A DNA stretch of 64,000 bases from Alphaproteobacteria bacterium (GTDB lineage Bacteria; Pseudomonadota; Alphaproteobacteria; UBA828). Position numbers and translations under genes: made by a program. Shown here piece by piece: positions 11,212-21,960 of the stretch. Within the stretch, counting starts at the first letter, position 1. Every line of letters starts with the position of its first letter. The stretch covers positions 192,001 through 256,000 of the forward strand of contig CAXXMU010000005.1 in NCBI GenBank assembly GCA_963667785.2, written 5' to 3'. The notes under the pieces are model-generated. The model saw nothing but the letters and a program-made list of their open reading frames with translations. It searched no databases and was not told the DNA's origin.

Positions 11212-12531
11212 GTGACGGCGGCGGGCGCTGGGGCGGCCGAGCGCGGCGCCTTCCGCGACCCCGCGTTCACGGCCAACCGGGAGGCGCCGGTGCACCGCTG
11301 GGTGCCCTGGATCGCCGGCTTCTCGCGGCAGTTCGTCCAGGACGCGCTGGCTCGCCACCTGCAGGCGCCGGGGGTGGTGCTGGACCCCTTCGCCGGTGTC
11401 GGCACGACGCTGCTCGAGGCCGACCTCGCCGGCCATGCGGCCATCGGCTTCGAGATCAACCCCTACGCCGCCTTCGCCGCACGCACGAAGCTCGGGGCCC
11501 ATCGGCTGGAGCCAGTGCGGCTCCGCACCGCCGCTGCGGCCTTCGAGGCGTTCATGGCGGAGAGCCAGGGTTCGGGCCGTGCGCCCGGGGCGTCCCCACC
11601 GGCCGCCTTCCGCACCCGCGCGCCCTTCTACAGCCCGGCGGTCGAGCGCAAGGTGCTGCTGGCCTTCGATTTCATGGAGACGCTGGAGGCGCCCGTCGCG
11701 GCTCTCTTCCGCCTCGCCTTCGCCGCGACCATGGTGGGCTACTCCAACTACTCCTACGAGCCGAGCCTGGGGCGCAAGGCCTCGGTCGGACGGCCCGAGG
11801 TGGACGACGACGACGTGGCCGGCGCCATCGCGGCGAAGGTCCGGCAGATGGCCGACGATGTCGCGTGGTATCGAGATGAACGCGCGAACCCTGAGCGGGA
11901 CGACGGGAGCGTGCTCGAAGAGTCGTTCTTCGACGGCTGCGCCGCGCTGGACGAGGCAAGCGTGGATCTCCTGGTCACCTCGCCGCCCTACCTCAACAAC
12001 TACCACTACAACCGCAACACGCGGCCCCATCTCTACTGGCTCGGGTTCTGCGCCACGCCCGGCGACCTGAAGCGCCTGGAGACGCTCAATTTCGGCACCT
12101 ACTGGCAGAACGCCCGCGACGAGGCGCGCATCGATCTCGACTCCTCCATCGATGACAGCGCAATTCGAGAGGCCATCGACGCGGTGCGGGTGCGCAACCC
12201 CGACAAGGGCGTCTATGGCGGCAACGGCTGGGCCAACTACGCGGCGCGCTACTTCAACGACTGCGGCCGCTTCGCAGGCGGCGCGGCCCGGTGCCTCAGG
12301 CCGGGAGCGACGGCATTGGTGGTGATCGGCAATTCCATCCTGCAGGGGGTGCCGATCCCGACCGACCGCTTCCTCGCTGCCATCGCGGCGCGGCGGGGCT
12401 TCGCCGTCGCCGGCATCCATGTTCCCCGTGAAACGCGGGTCGGCAGCAGCATCGTCGAGTCCAGTGTCCGCGTGGGAAAGGCCAACGGTGGGACACTCTA
12501 CGAATCCGTCGTGGAGCTCCGCCGCCTCTGA
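11212..12531 (+). CDS. DNA amino-methyltransferase, probable N4-cytosine type (motif I before SPPY), orphan
   Basis: Motif X-like HRWVPWIAGFS, motif I DPFAGVGTT, motif IV VTSPPY and VVIGNS. Confidence 0.85.
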   Translation: MTAAGAGAAERGAFRDPAFTANREAPVHRWVPWIAGFSRQFVQDALARHLQAPGVVLDPFAGVGTTLLEADLAGHAAIGFEINPYAAFAARTKLGAHRLEPVRLRTAAAAFEAFMAESQGSGRAPGASPPAAFRTRAPFYSPAVERKVLLAFDFMETLEAPVAALFRLAFAATMVGYSNYSYEPSLGRKASVGRPEVDDDDVAGAIAAKVRQMADDVAWYRDERANPERDDGSVLEESFFDGCAALDEASVDLLVTSPPYLNNYHYNRNTRPHLYWLGFCATPGDLKRLETLNFGTYWQNARDEARIDLDSSIDDSAIREAIDAVRVRNPDKGVYGGNGWANYAARYFNDCGRFAGGAARCLRPGATALVVIGNSILQGVPIPTDRFLAAIAARRGFAVAGIHVPRETRVGSSIVESSVRVGKANGGTLYESVVELRRL

Positions 12532-12634
12532 GGCGCATGCGGCTTCGGCTATGGCGCAGACTGCCCGGCCCCCGTGCCGTTCCGGCCATGGCGGCCGGGC
12601 TTGTTGGCCCCGTGGGCAGGTGGGATAAGGGGCC

Positions 12635-14815
12635 ATGAGCGAGCCCGTGACCCTGCACCGGAGCTACCGCACCCGCGGCGGCGTCACCGTCCACCGCCGC
12701 GACCGCGAGGCCGCGGTGGCGCCCGCCGCCCGGGCCCTGGTCGAGCGCCTGGACCGCTACCCCGGCGTCTTCATGTCGTCCTGCTTCGAGTTCCCCGGCC
12801 GCTACACCCGCTGGGACCTGGGTTTCGCCGCGCCGCCTCTCAGCCTCTCCTGCCGCGGGCGCGACTTCGAGGTCACGGCGCTGGAGCCGAGGGGACAGGT
12901 GCTGCTGGAGCCGATCCGCGCCGCGCTCGCGCCGCTGGACGCCGTCGCCGCGCTGGAGGCGGACGACACGCAGCTTGCGGGCCGCGTGCATCGGCCGACC
13001 GAGACGGTGCCGGAGGAGCAGCGCAGCCGGCAGCCCTCGATCTTCAGCGTGCTGCGCGCGGTCATCGACCTCTTCGGCAACGGCGAGGACCAGCACTTCG
13101 GCCTCTACGGCGCCTTCGGCTACGACCTCGCCCACCAGTTCGAGCCGGTCGAGCTGCACAGGGCGCGTGCCGCCGACCAGCGCGACCTGGTGCTCTTCGT
13201 GCCGGACGAGATCCTGGTCGTCGACCACATGTCGGATCGCGCGGTGTGGCACAGCTACGACTTCGTCACCCCCGCCGGCGACACCCGCGACATGGCGCGC
13301 GCGCCGCGCAAGGACGCCTACGTGCCGCAGCCGCCCGGCAACCGCCCGCCCGAGAACGATCACCCGCCGGGCGCCTATCCGGCGGTGGTGGAGCGGGCCA
13401 GGCAGGCGTTCCTCCGGGGCGATCTCTTCGAGGTGGTGATGAGCCAGCTCTTCAGCGAGGCCTGCGCCGATGCGCCTTCCCTGGTGTTCGAGCGGCTCCG
13501 CACCGTCAACCCGGCGCCCTACTGCGCGCTGATGAACCTCGGCGCCGGCGAGTTCCTGGTCGCCGCCTCGCCGGAGATGTACGTGCGGGTGGAGGGTCGC
13601 CGCGTCGAGACCTGCCCGATCTCGGGCACCATCGCCCGCGGCAAGGACGCGCTCGGCGATGCCGCGCAGATCGCGAAGCTCCTCAACTCGGCCAAGGACG
13701 AGGCCGAGCTCACCATGTGCACCGACGTCGACCGCAACGACAAGTCGCGCATCTGCGAGCCCGGCTCGGTGCGCGTGATCGGGCGCCGCCAGGTGGAGCT
13801 CTACTCGCGCCTGATCCACACGGTGGACCACGTCGAGGGGATCCTCAGGCCCGAGTTCGACGCTCTCGACGCCTTCCTCAGCCACACCTGGGCGGTGACC
13901 GTGACCGGCGCGCCCAAGCACTGGGCGATCCGCTTCATCGAGGAGAACGAGCGCTCGGCGCGGCGCTGGTACGGCGGCGCCATCGGCCGCATCGGCTTCG
14001 ACGGGGCGATGAACACCGGGCTGACGCTCAGGACCGTCCGCATGAAGGACGGCATCGCCGAGATCAGGGCGGGCGCCACGCTGCTCTACGACAGCGAGCC
14101 CGAGGCCGAGGACGAGGAGTGCCGCCTCAAGGCCTCCGCCCTCTTCGCGGCCGTGCGGGCCGAGCCGGCGGCGGCGCCAGCGCGCGCCTCCGAGAGCCCG
14201 CCGGGGGCGGCGTGCCGCGTGCTCCTGGTGGATCACGAGGATTCCTTCGTGCACACGCTCGCCAACTACCTGCGCCAGACGGGGGCTGCGGTCGAGACGC
14301 TCCGGCCCCCCCTCGCGCGCCGCATGCTGCAGGAGGACGCCCCCGATCTGGTGGTGCTCTCGCCGGGCCCCGGCAGGCCGGAGGACTTCGGCACCGCGGA
14401 GACCATCGCGCTCGCGCTGGAGAAGGAGCTTCCGCTCTTCGGCGTCTGCCTCGGGCTGCAGGCGGTCGCCGAGTATTTCGGCGGGCGTCTGGCGCAGCTC
14501 GAGGAGCCGGTGCACGGCAAGCCCTCCGAGGTGACGGTGCTGGGCGGCGCGCTCTTCCGGGGGCTGCCGGTGCGCTTCCGCGTGGGGCGCTATCACTCGC
14601 TCTATGCCGCGCGCGCGTCGCTGCCGGACGATCTCCTCGCCGTCACCGCCGAGACCGACGACGGCGTCGTCATGGCGCTTGAGCACCGGGAGCGGCCGAT
14701 CGCCGCCGTGCAGTTCCACCCGGAATCGATCCTCTCGCTGGACGACAGCATCGGCCTGCGGCTGATCGACAACGTGATGGCGACGCTCACCGCAGGCGGG
14801 TCGGGCGGGCGCTGA
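12635..14815 (+). CDS. trpE: Fused anthranilate synthase TrpE(G)
   Basis: Motifs EFPGRYTRWD, ASPEMYVRV, ELTMCTDVDRNDK and GAPK; C-terminal GATase domain with DHEDSFVH, GVCLGLQ and QFHPES. Confidence 0.95.
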   Translation: MSEPVTLHRSYRTRGGVTVHRRDREAAVAPAARALVERLDRYPGVFMSSCFEFPGRYTRWDLGFAAPPLSLSCRGRDFEVTALEPRGQVLLEPIRAALAPLDAVAALEADDTQLAGRVHRPTETVPEEQRSRQPSIFSVLRAVIDLFGNGEDQHFGLYGAFGYDLAHQFEPVELHRARAADQRDLVLFVPDEILVVDHMSDRAVWHSYDFVTPAGDTRDMARAPRKDAYVPQPPGNRPPENDHPPGAYPAVVERARQAFLRGDLFEVVMSQLFSEACADAPSLVFERLRTVNPAPYCALMNLGAGEFLVAASPEMYVRVEGRRVETCPISGTIARGKDALGDAAQIAKLLNSAKDEAELTMCTDVDRNDKSRICEPGSVRVIGRRQVELYSRLIHTVDHVEGILRPEFDALDAFLSHTWAVTVTGAPKHWAIRFIEENERSARRWYGGAIGRIGFDGAMNTGLTLRTVRMKDGIAEIRAGATLLYDSEPEAEDEECRLKASALFAAVRAEPAAAPARASESPPGAACRVLLVDHEDSFVHTLANYLRQTGAAVETLRPPLARRMLQEDAPDLVVLSPGPGRPEDFGTAETIALALEKELPLFGVCLGLQAVAEYFGGRLAQLEEPVHGKPSEVTVLGGALFRGLPVRFRVGRYHSLYAARASLPDDLLAVTAETDDGVVMALEHRERPIAAVQFHPESILSLDDSIGLRLIDNVMATLTAGGSGGR

Positions 14816-14832
14816 GCGGGGGGCAGGCTCCT

Positions 14833-15573
14833 TTACAGGCTCCAGCCGCCGTCGATCACCAGCGCCTGGCCGGTGGTGAAGGCGGACTCGTCCGACGCGA
14901 GATGGACGCAGAGCGCCGCCACCTCCGCCGGCGCCCCCATGCGCCCCACCGGGTGCCGCGCGGCGAAGGCCGCGCGCGCGGCCTCGGGGTCTGGCCGGGC
15001 GGCGAAGCGCTCCTCGAGGGAAGGCGTCTCCACCGCGCCGGGACAGACCGCGTTGCAGCGGATGCCTTGCGCCGCGTAGTCCAGCGCGACCGATTTGGTG
15101 AGGCCGATGACGGCGGCCTTGCTGGCGCCGTAGGCGCAGCGCTCGGGCGAGGCCTTCACCGAGGAGACCACCGACGCCATGTTGATGATCGAGCCGCCGC
15201 CGGCCGCCAGCATCGCCGGCAGGAAGGCGCGGATCATCAGGTACGTCGCGGTCACGTTGAGCCGCAGCGTCTCCTCCCAGTCGGCAGGCTCGCAGTCGAG
15301 GAGCGCGCCGTGGGGCACGCGGCCGGCGCAGTTGAAGAGCACGTCGAGCGCGCCGATCTCGTCGGCCGCCGCCGCCACGGCGACCGGGTCGCGGACGTCG
15401 AGCACCCGGCAGGTGACGCCCTCCAGCGCGGCGAGACCGGCGAGCTTGCCGTCGTCGATATCGGTCGCCCAGAGGCGCGCCCCCTCATTGTGGAAGGCGA
15501 CCGCGGTCGCGTGGCCGATCCCCTGGCCTGCGGCCGTGATCAGGGCGGTCTTGCCAGCGAGACGGCCGGACAT
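14833..15573 (-). CDS. SDR oxidoreductase (BDH2/2-keto-3-deoxy-L-fuconate dehydrogenase-like)
   Basis: Motifs TAAGQGIG, LFNCAG, YGASK and DGGW. Confidence 0.88.
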   Translation of the reverse strand: MSGRLAGKTALITAAGQGIGHATAVAFHNEGARLWATDIDDGKLAGLAALEGVTCRVLDVRDPVAVAAAADEIGALDVLFNCAGRVPHGALLDCEPADWEETLRLNVTATYLMIRAFLPAMLAAGGGSIINMASVVSSVKASPERCAYGASKAAVIGLTKSVALDYAAQGIRCNAVCPGAVETPSLEERFAARPDPEAARAAFAARHPVGRMGAPAEVAALCVHLASDESAFTTGQALVIDGGWSL

Positions 15574-15576
15574 CGC

Positions 15577-16374
15577 TCAGCGGCCGGTGAAGACGGGCGC
15601 GCGCTTCTCGACGAAGGCCGTCACCCCTTCGGCGAAATCCTCGCTGGCCGCGCAATCCGAGAACATCGCCGCCTCCGCCTGGAGCTGGTCTTCGAGCGAG
15701 GCATGGCCGGATCTGCTGAGCAGCCGCTTGGTGTTGGCGTAGGCGCGGGCCGGGCCTGCGGCGAGGCGGCGCGCCAGCGCCTCGGTCTCCTCGTCCAGAC
15801 GGTGCGGCGAGACGACTCGGTTGACGATGCCGAGACGCTCCGCTTCCCGCGCGCCGAAGCGATCGCCCAGGAGCGCCAGCTCCATCGCCTTCTTCGCGCC
15901 CACCGTGCGCGGCAGGAACCAGGTGGACGAGCCGTCGGGGCTGGTGCCGATGCGGCAGTAGGCCATGGTGAAGATGGCGTCGGCGGCCGCGACCGCGAGG
16001 TCGCAGGCGAGAACCAGGCTCAGCCCGAAGCCGCCGGCGGCGCCGTCGATTCTGGCGATGACCGGCTGCGGCATCCGCCGCATCATCCGGATGATCGCGT
16101 GGACCCGGTCGATCATCGCCTCGAAGTGGCGCCGGCGCGCGTCCGGGCCGAGCTCCAGCAAGCCGTGGAAGGAGCGCAGGTCGCCGCCCGCCATGAAGAA
16201 CCCGCCGGCGCCCTGCAGCACCACCACGCGCGTCTCGCTCTCGCGCTCGAGGGCAGCCAGCGCGGCGACCAGGGCATCGCAGAGCTCGTCGTTGAGCGCG
16301 TTCAGCACCTCCGGCCGGTTGAGCGTCACCCGGGCGATGCCGTTCTCCCGCTCGATCAGCACGGTGTCACTCAT
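15577..16374 (-). CDS. Enoyl-CoA hydratase/isomerase family protein
   Basis: Motifs TLNRPEVLNAL, FMAGGDL and EGVTAFVEKR. Confidence 0.9.
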   Translation of the reverse strand: MSDTVLIERENGIARVTLNRPEVLNALNDELCDALVAALAALERESETRVVVLQGAGGFFMAGGDLRSFHGLLELGPDARRRHFEAMIDRVHAIIRMMRRMPQPVIARIDGAAGGFGLSLVLACDLAVAAADAIFTMAYCRIGTSPDGSSTWFLPRTVGAKKAMELALLGDRFGAREAERLGIVNRVVSPHRLDEETEALARRLAAGPARAYANTKRLLSRSGHASLEDQLQAEAAMFSDCAASEDFAEGVTAFVEKRAPVFTGR

Positions 16375-16482
16375 GTCTCTCGTCTCCCTCAGCTATGGCC
16401 GCCGCAACGTGCGCGCGTCCTACCATCACGCGGCGCGCTGGGCGAGACTGGCGTGCCGCGGACCGAATGACGGAGGAGACCG

Positions 16483-16890
16483 ATGGCCGAGAACGCCGTT
16501 CGCATCAAGACCGATCCCGACCCCTACGAGCCCTTCAGGCTGGCGCAGGCCTACCGCGTCGGCGACCTGATCTTCGTCTCCGGCCAGACCGCGATCTCGC
16601 TCGACGGCGCCATCGTCGGCGCGGGCGATTTCGACGCGCAGGCCGCGCAGACCTTCGAGAACCTGGCGGCAGTGCTGCAGGCGGGCGGCTCCGATCTCTC
16701 GAAGGTCGTCAAGGTGACGATCTTCCTGAAGGACATGAGCAACTTCAGCAAGATCGTCGCCCTTCGCGAGCAGTATTTCGCCTCGCCCTATCCGGCCGAC
16801 ACGATCGTCGAGATCACCTCGCTGGCGTTGCCGGAGCTCGAGATCGAGATCGAGGCGATCGCCCTGGTCGAGGGCGAGATCGAAGGCTGA
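16483..16890 (+). CDS. RidA/YjgF family protein
   Basis: Motifs LIFVSGQ, VVKVTIFL and LEIEIEAIA; GGAGG RBS. Confidence 0.9.
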   Translation: MAENAVRIKTDPDPYEPFRLAQAYRVGDLIFVSGQTAISLDGAIVGAGDFDAQAAQTFENLAAVLQAGGSDLSKVVKVTIFLKDMSNFSKIVALREQYFASPYPADTIVEITSLALPELEIEIEAIALVEGEIEG

Positions 16891-16996
16891 TCCCGTCCAG
16901 CGCCGGCGCGAGCGCCCGCGCCGGCGAAGCGATCCGGCCTTGCCAAGGGCGCGCGATGCCGCAATGCTCCCGCCCGAGACAGGGAGGATTCGAGTC

Positions 16997-17437
16997 ATGT
17001 CGAGAAGCCTTGTCGAAACCTTTCTCGGTGCGGTGGTGCTTGCGGTGGCCATCGGCTTCATCGTCTTCGCCTACACGCGGAGCGGCGTCGCCACGGTGAG
17101 CGGCTACGAGGTGAGCGCGGCGTTCAACCGGGTCGACGGCATCGCCGCCGGCTCCGACGTGCGCATCGGCGGCATCAAGGTCGGCTCGGTGGTCGAGCGT
17201 TCGCTCGAGCCCGAGACCTATCGGGCCGTGCTCCGCATGAGCATCGACGAGACCGTCCCGCTGCCCACGGACACCACGGCGGCGGTGGTCAGCGACGGCC
17301 TGCTCGGCGGCAAGTTCATCGACATCCAGCCGGGCGCCGAGGAGGCTCTCATCGCCGACGGCGGGCGCATCGCCTACACCCAGTCCACGCTCCTGCTGGA
17401 GGAGCTGATCGGCCAGTTCGCGTTCGGCACGGAGTAG
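16997..17437 (+). CDS. mlaD: MlaD/MCE family lipid asymmetry protein
   Basis: N-terminal transmembrane segment, GSDVRIGGIKVGSV and GLLGGKFI. Confidence 0.88.
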   Translation: MSRSLVETFLGAVVLAVAIGFIVFAYTRSGVATVSGYEVSAAFNRVDGIAAGSDVRIGGIKVGSVVERSLEPETYRAVLRMSIDETVPLPTDTTAAVVSDGLLGGKFIDIQPGAEEALIADGGRIAYTQSTLLLEELIGQFAFGTE

Positions 17438-17857
17438 GTGAGGGCGCTCACTCTACCGGCCGCCGCTGCGGCGCTCGCTGCGGCGCTCTGCGCCGGGCCA
17501 AGTGCCGGTGCAGCCGAGCGGCCGCTCGCCCTGCTCCAGGCGCTGGACAAGGTGGTGGCGCGCACCTCCACGCTGGCAGCACCGCTCGACGAGCCGGTCC
17601 GCTTCGGGACGCTCAGGATCGTCGTCCGCGTCTGCCACGAGGCGCCGCCCGAGGAGCCGCCGGAAAACGCCGCCTTCCTGGAGATCGACGAGGTCGACCA
17701 CGAGGGGCGCGCGGTGCGCCTCTATACCGGCTGGATGTTCTCGTCGACGCCGGGGCTCGCGGCGCTGGAGCATCCGGTCTACGACATCGGCGTGCTCGCC
17801 TGCACCGACTCCGAGCCGGCGGCAGAGAGCGAGTCGTCCGAGAAGCCCGCCGGGTAG
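17438..17857 (+). CDS. DUF2155-family exported protein
   Basis: Motifs LQALDKV and [19 protein letters not shown]; signal-peptide-like N-terminus. Confidence 0.85.
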   Translation: MRALTLPAAAAALAAALCAGPSAGAAERPLALLQALDKVVARTSTLAAPLDEPVRFGTLRIVVRVCHEAPPEEPPENAAFLEIDEVDHEGRAVRLYTGWMFSSTPGLAALEHPVYDIGVLACTDSEPAAESESSEKPAG

Positions 17858-18450
17858 AAGCTCGCCGGCCGCTCGAGCGCCTCGGCGAGCCGGGCGTGGT
17901 AGCGGGCGCGCGGTATCTCGACGGCGCCGAAGCGGCTCAGGTGGGGCGTGACGAACTGGGTGTCGAGCAGCGTGAAGGCGCCGGCCCTGAGGCGGGCGAC
18001 CAGATGCACCAGCGCGACCTTGCTCGCGTCCCGCTCGATGCTGAACATGCTCTCGCCGAAGAACGCCGCGCCCAGCGAGACGCCGTAGAGCCCGCCCACG
18101 AGCGCGTTGTCGCGCCAGGCCTCCACGCTGTGGGCGTGCCCCTGCCGGTGCAGCGCGCAATAGGCCTCGAAGATCGCGCCGTTGATCCAGGATTCGGGGC
18201 GGCGCCCGGTGCGGCGCGCGCAGCCGCGCACGACGCGGGGGAAGTCGCGGTTCACGGTGATGCGGAAGTGCCCGGCGCGCACGGTGCGCGCGAGCCGGCG
18301 GGGCACGTGGAAGCGGTCGAGCGGAATGACGCCCCGGCTTTCCGGATCGACCCAGAAGACGTCCGGTTCCGCCTTGCCCTCGGCCATGGGGAAGAGCCCG
18401 CAGCCATAGGCCCTGAGGATCAGCGCCGGCGTGAGCTCGACGGTCGTCAC
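17779..18450 (-). CDS. aat: Leucyl/phenylalanyl-tRNA--protein transferase
   Basis: Motifs AY..GLFPMAE, AHSVEAW, GGLYGV and [16 protein letters not shown]. Confidence 0.95.
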   Translation of the reverse strand: MTTVELTPALILRAYGCGLFPMAEGKAEPDVFWVDPESRGVIPLDRFHVPRRLARTVRAGHFRITVNRDFPRVVRGCARRTGRRPESWINGAIFEAYCALHRQGHAHSVEAWRDNALVGGLYGVSLGAAFFGESMFSIERDASKVALVHLVARLRAGAFTLLDTQFVTPHLSRFGAVEIPRARYHARLAEALERPASFYPAGFSDDSLSAAGSESVQASTPMS

Positions 18451-18464
18451 GGCGTCCGAACTGG

Positions 18465-19820
18465 CTAGGGACCGGTTTCCGCCACGAAGCGCTCGAACCA
18501 GTGGATGTCGTAGTCGCTCGCGGCGAACGCCGGGCTTGCGAGCAGGCGCAGGTGCAGCGGGATCGTGGTCGAGACGCCCTGGATGACGTATTCCTCCAGC
18601 GCCCGCCGGAGCCGCATCACGCAGGCCTCGCGGCTCGCGGCCTGGGCCACGACCTTGCTGATCAGGCTGTCGTAGTAGGGCGGGATGCGGTAGCCGTCAT
18701 AGAGCGCGGAATCGACGCGCACTCCGAGGCCGCCCGGCGTGTGGTAGCCGCTGACGGTGCCGGGCGAGGGGCGGAAGGTCTCCGGATCCTCGGCCGTGAT
18801 GCGGCACTCGATGGCATGGCCGGTGAAGCGCACGTCCTCCTGGCCGAAGCCGAGCGGCTGGCCGGCGGCGACGCGAAGCTGCTCCTGCACCAGGTCGATG
18901 CCGGTGACCATCTCGGTGACCGGATGCTCCACCTGGATGCGCGTGTTCATCTCCATGAAGTAGAAGGCGCCGTCCTCGTAGAGGAACTCCAGCGTGCCGA
19001 CCCCGCGGTAGCCGAGCTCGCGCATCGCGGCGCCGACCCGGCTGCCGATCTCCTCGCGCATGTGTGCGTCCAGCGCGGGCGACGGGGCCTCCTCCAGCAC
19101 CTTCTGGTGGCGGCGCTGCAGGGAGCAGTCGCGCTCGCCGAGATGGACCGCGTTGCCGTGCTGGTCGGCGAGCACCTGCACCTCGATATGGCGGGGTGCG
19201 GCGACCAGCTTCTCCAGATAGAGCGCATCGCTGGCGAAGGCCGCCTCGGCCTCGGCGCGCGCCATCGCCACCGCGCCGGCGAGCTCGTCCGGCCGGTCCA
19301 CCCGCTGCATGCCGCGCCCACCGCCGCCCGACACGGCCTTGATCAGGACCGGATAGCCGATCTCGTCCGCGGCCTCGGCGAAGGAGCCGGCATCCTCCAG
19401 CGCGCCCGCCGAGCCCGGCACCACCGGCAGGCCGAGCGCGGCTGCGGTCTGCTTGGCGCGCACCTTGTCGCCCATGAGCGTGATGTGCGACGGGCTCGGG
19501 CCGATGAAGATGAAGCCGTGCTCCTCGACGATCGTGGCGAAGTCGGCGCTCTCGGAGAGGAAGCCGTAGCCCGGGTGGATGGCGTTGGCATTGGTGATCT
19601 CGCCGGCGGCGATGATCGCCGGGATGTTGAGATAGCTCTCCCTCGGCGCCGGCGGGCCGATGCAGACCGATTCGTCCGCGAGCCGGGCGTGCATCGCCTC
19701 CGCGTCCGCCGTCGAGTGCACGGCGACGGTCTTGATGCCGAACTCCCGGCAGGCGCGGATGATTCGAACCGCGATCTCCCCCCGGTTGGCGATCAGCACC
19801 TTGTCGAACATTCGCCTCAC
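18465..19820 (-). CDS. accC: Acetyl-CoA carboxylase biotin carboxylase subunit
   Basis: Motifs [31 protein letters not shown] and [10 protein letters not shown]. Confidence 0.97.
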   Translation of the reverse strand: MRRMFDKVLIANRGEIAVRIIRACREFGIKTVAVHSTADAEAMHARLADESVCIGPPAPRESYLNIPAIIAAGEITNANAIHPGYGFLSESADFATIVEEHGFIFIGPSPSHITLMGDKVRAKQTAAALGLPVVPGSAGALEDAGSFAEAADEIGYPVLIKAVSGGGGRGMQRVDRPDELAGAVAMARAEAEAAFASDALYLEKLVAAPRHIEVQVLADQHGNAVHLGERDCSLQRRHQKVLEEAPSPALDAHMREEIGSRVGAAMRELGYRGVGTLEFLYEDGAFYFMEMNTRIQVEHPVTEMVTGIDLVQEQLRVAAGQPLGFGQEDVRFTGHAIECRITAEDPETFRPSPGTVSGYHTPGGLGVRVDSALYDGYRIPPYYDSLISKVVAQAASREACVMRLRRALEEYVIQGVSTTIPLHLRLLASPAFAASDYDIHWFERFVAETGP

Positions 19821-20296
19821 TCGAGGATCAGCAGGACCTCGCCATACTCGACCCGGGCGCCGTTCTCGGCAAGAATCCGCGTCACGCGCCCGGCGCGCGG
19901 GGCGCGAACCGGGTTCATCGTCTTCATCGCCTCGACGATGAAGAGCGTCTCGCCCTCGGCGATGTCGTCGCCGACCGTGACGAAGGGGGGACCGCCCGGC
20001 TCCGGCGCCACGTAGACCACGCCGACGAGGGGGGAGATCACCGCGCCCGGATGCGACGCGTCGTCCGCGCCGGCGGCGGCCGGCGGCTCCACCTCGCCCG
20101 CCGCCGGCGCCGAGTGCGGGGCGGCCTGGGCCGCGGGCATCGCCGCTGCGGCCGGCGCGGGCTTGCGGGCGATGCGGATGCGCCCCTCGCCCTCGCCGAT
20201 CTCGATCTCGGTCAGCCCCGCCTCGTCGAGCACCGCCGCGAGGGCGCGGATCAGCTCGATGTCGGGCCGGGGGGCGGCGGGGGGTTTCTGCGCCAT
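19817..20296 (-). CDS. accB: Acetyl-CoA carboxylase biotin carboxyl carrier protein
   Basis: EAMKTMN biotinylation motif; Ala/Pro-rich linker. Confidence 0.96.
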   Translation of the reverse strand: MAQKPPAAPRPDIELIRALAAVLDEAGLTEIEIGEGEGRIRIARKPAPAAAAMPAAQAAPHSAPAAGEVEPPAAAGADDASHPGAVISPLVGVVYVAPEPGGPPFVTVGDDIAEGETLFIVEAMKTMNPVRAPRAGRVTRILAENGARVEYGEVLLILE

Positions 20297-20300
20297 CGCC

Positions 20301-20744
20301 TCACTCCCCGTCCAGCAGGGCGCGCATGCCGTCGAGCGCCAGCAGATAGCCGCGCGCGCCGAAGCCGCAGATCGAGCCCTGCACGGCCTGCGCGACGTAG
20401 GAGCGCCGGCGGAAGGGCTCGCGCCGGTGGATGTTGGAGAGATGCACCTCGATGGCCGGCAGCGTCTGGCCGCGCAGCGCATCCATGAGGGCGACAGACG
20501 TGTGGGTGTAGCCGCCGGGGTTGAGGACGATGCCGGCGTGGTCGGCGTGGGCCTGCTGAATCCAGTCGATCAGCTCGCCCTCGTGGTTGCTCTGCCTGAA
20601 ATCGACGGCGAGGCCCAGGCCCTGCGCATGGCTCTCGCAGAGCGCGCGGATGTCGTCCAGGGTCCGGCGCCCGTAGATCTCCGGCTCCCGCAACCCCAGC
20701 AGATTGAGGTTGGGGCCGTTCAGAATCAGGATATTGGCACTCAT
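20301..20744 (-). CDS. aroQ: Type II 3-dehydroquinate dehydratase
   Basis: Motifs [23 protein letters not shown] and [12 protein letters not shown]. Confidence 0.97.
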   Translation of the reverse strand: MSANILILNGPNLNLLGLREPEIYGRRTLDDIRALCESHAQGLGLAVDFRQSNHEGELIDWIQQAHADHAGIVLNPGGYTHTSVALMDALRGQTLPAIEVHLSNIHRREPFRRRSYVAQAVQGSICGFGARGYLLALDGMRALLDGE

Positions 20745-20921
20745 GGCCACGGCAGCCCGCGATGCTCGCCCCGAGGCCGGTCTAGCACGGCCGGGACTCG
20801 GGCATCAATCCGCGCGTCGCCCCCGCCGGCCGCAGTTGAAATCGCGAGGCTCCTCACCAATACTCAGACGAGGCCCTGGCGCGGCCGCAGGCCACGGCAC
20901 TCACGCCGACGGATTGTAGCA

Positions 20922-21914
20922 ATGCAGGTGCAGATCAACGGCGAGCTCCGCGAGTTCGAGGAGCCCCAGTCGGTCCACAGCATCGTGACGGTGCTCGGCC
21001 TCGATGCGCGCAAGATCGCCGTCGAGCACAATCTCGAGATCGTCCCCCGCAGCGCCTATGACCGCACCGCGGTGGCCGCCGGCGACCGGCTCGAGATCGT
21101 GCACTTCATCGGCGGCGGCGCCGACCCGGCGCCGGCTGCGGCCGAGGACGACGGCTGGGAGGTCGCCGGCCGGCGCTTCCGCTCGCGGCTGATCGTCGGC
21201 ACCGGCAAGTATCGGGACTTCGAGCAGACCGCCGCGGCGCTGGACGCCTCCGGCGCCGAGATCGTCACGGTCGCGGTGCGCCGGGTGAACGTCACCGACC
21301 CGAACGCGCCGATGCTGATCGATTACGTCGATCCCAAGCGCTACACCTATCTGCCCAACACCGCCGGCTGCTTCACCGGCGAAGACGCCGTGCGCACGCT
21401 CAGGCTCGCGCGCGAGGCCGGCGGCTGGTCGCTGGTCAAGCTCGAGGTCCTGGGCGATCAGGAGACGCTCTATCCCAACATGCCGGAGACGCTGCGCGCC
21501 GCCGAGATACTCATCAAGGACGGCTTCGAGGTCATGGTCTACTGCAACGACGACCCGATCATGGCCAAGCGGCTGGAGGACATGGGGTGTGCCGCCATCA
21601 TGCCGCTGGCGGCGCCGATCGGCTCCGGTCTCGGCGTGCAGAACCCGGTCGGCATCCGCATCATCGTCGAGCGCATCGCCGTGCCCGTGCTCGTCGACGC
21701 CGGCGTCGGCACGGCCTCCGATGCCGCCCAGGCGATGGAGCTGGGATGCGACGGCGTGCTCATGAACACCGCCATCGCCGGCGCCAGGGACCCGGTGCTG
21801 ATGGCGCACGCCATGCGCCATGCCGTCGAGGCCGGCCGGCTCGCCTATCTCGCAGGCCGCATGGCGAAGAAACGCTACGCCGACCCGTCGTCGCCGCTCG
21901 GCGGGCTGATCTGA
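20922..21914 (+). CDS. thiG: Fused sulfur carrier ThiS / thiazole synthase ThiG
   Basis: N-terminal ThiS (MQVQING...EIVHFIGGG) in frame with ThiG motifs [17 protein letters not shown] and VDAGVG. Confidence 0.95.
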   Translation: MQVQINGELREFEEPQSVHSIVTVLGLDARKIAVEHNLEIVPRSAYDRTAVAAGDRLEIVHFIGGGADPAPAAAEDDGWEVAGRRFRSRLIVGTGKYRDFEQTAAALDASGAEIVTVAVRRVNVTDPNAPMLIDYVDPKRYTYLPNTAGCFTGEDAVRTLRLAREAGGWSLVKLEVLGDQETLYPNMPETLRAAEILIKDGFEVMVYCNDDPIMAKRLEDMGCAAIMPLAAPIGSGLGVQNPVGIRIIVERIAVPVLVDAGVGTASDAAQAMELGCDGVLMNTAIAGARDPVLMAHAMRHAVEAGRLAYLAGRMAKKRYADPSSPLGGLI

Positions 21915-21960
21915 ACGGGCCGGCCGCCGCCGGTCGCAGCTCTCGTCGCGCCCGCCGCGC

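Noticed and set aside
20745-20921. Possible TPP riboswitch upstream of thiS-thiG
   Set aside because: No GCTGAGA or ATACCC/GATAAT core found; the ThiS-ThiG fusion itself is common in Alphaproteobacteria
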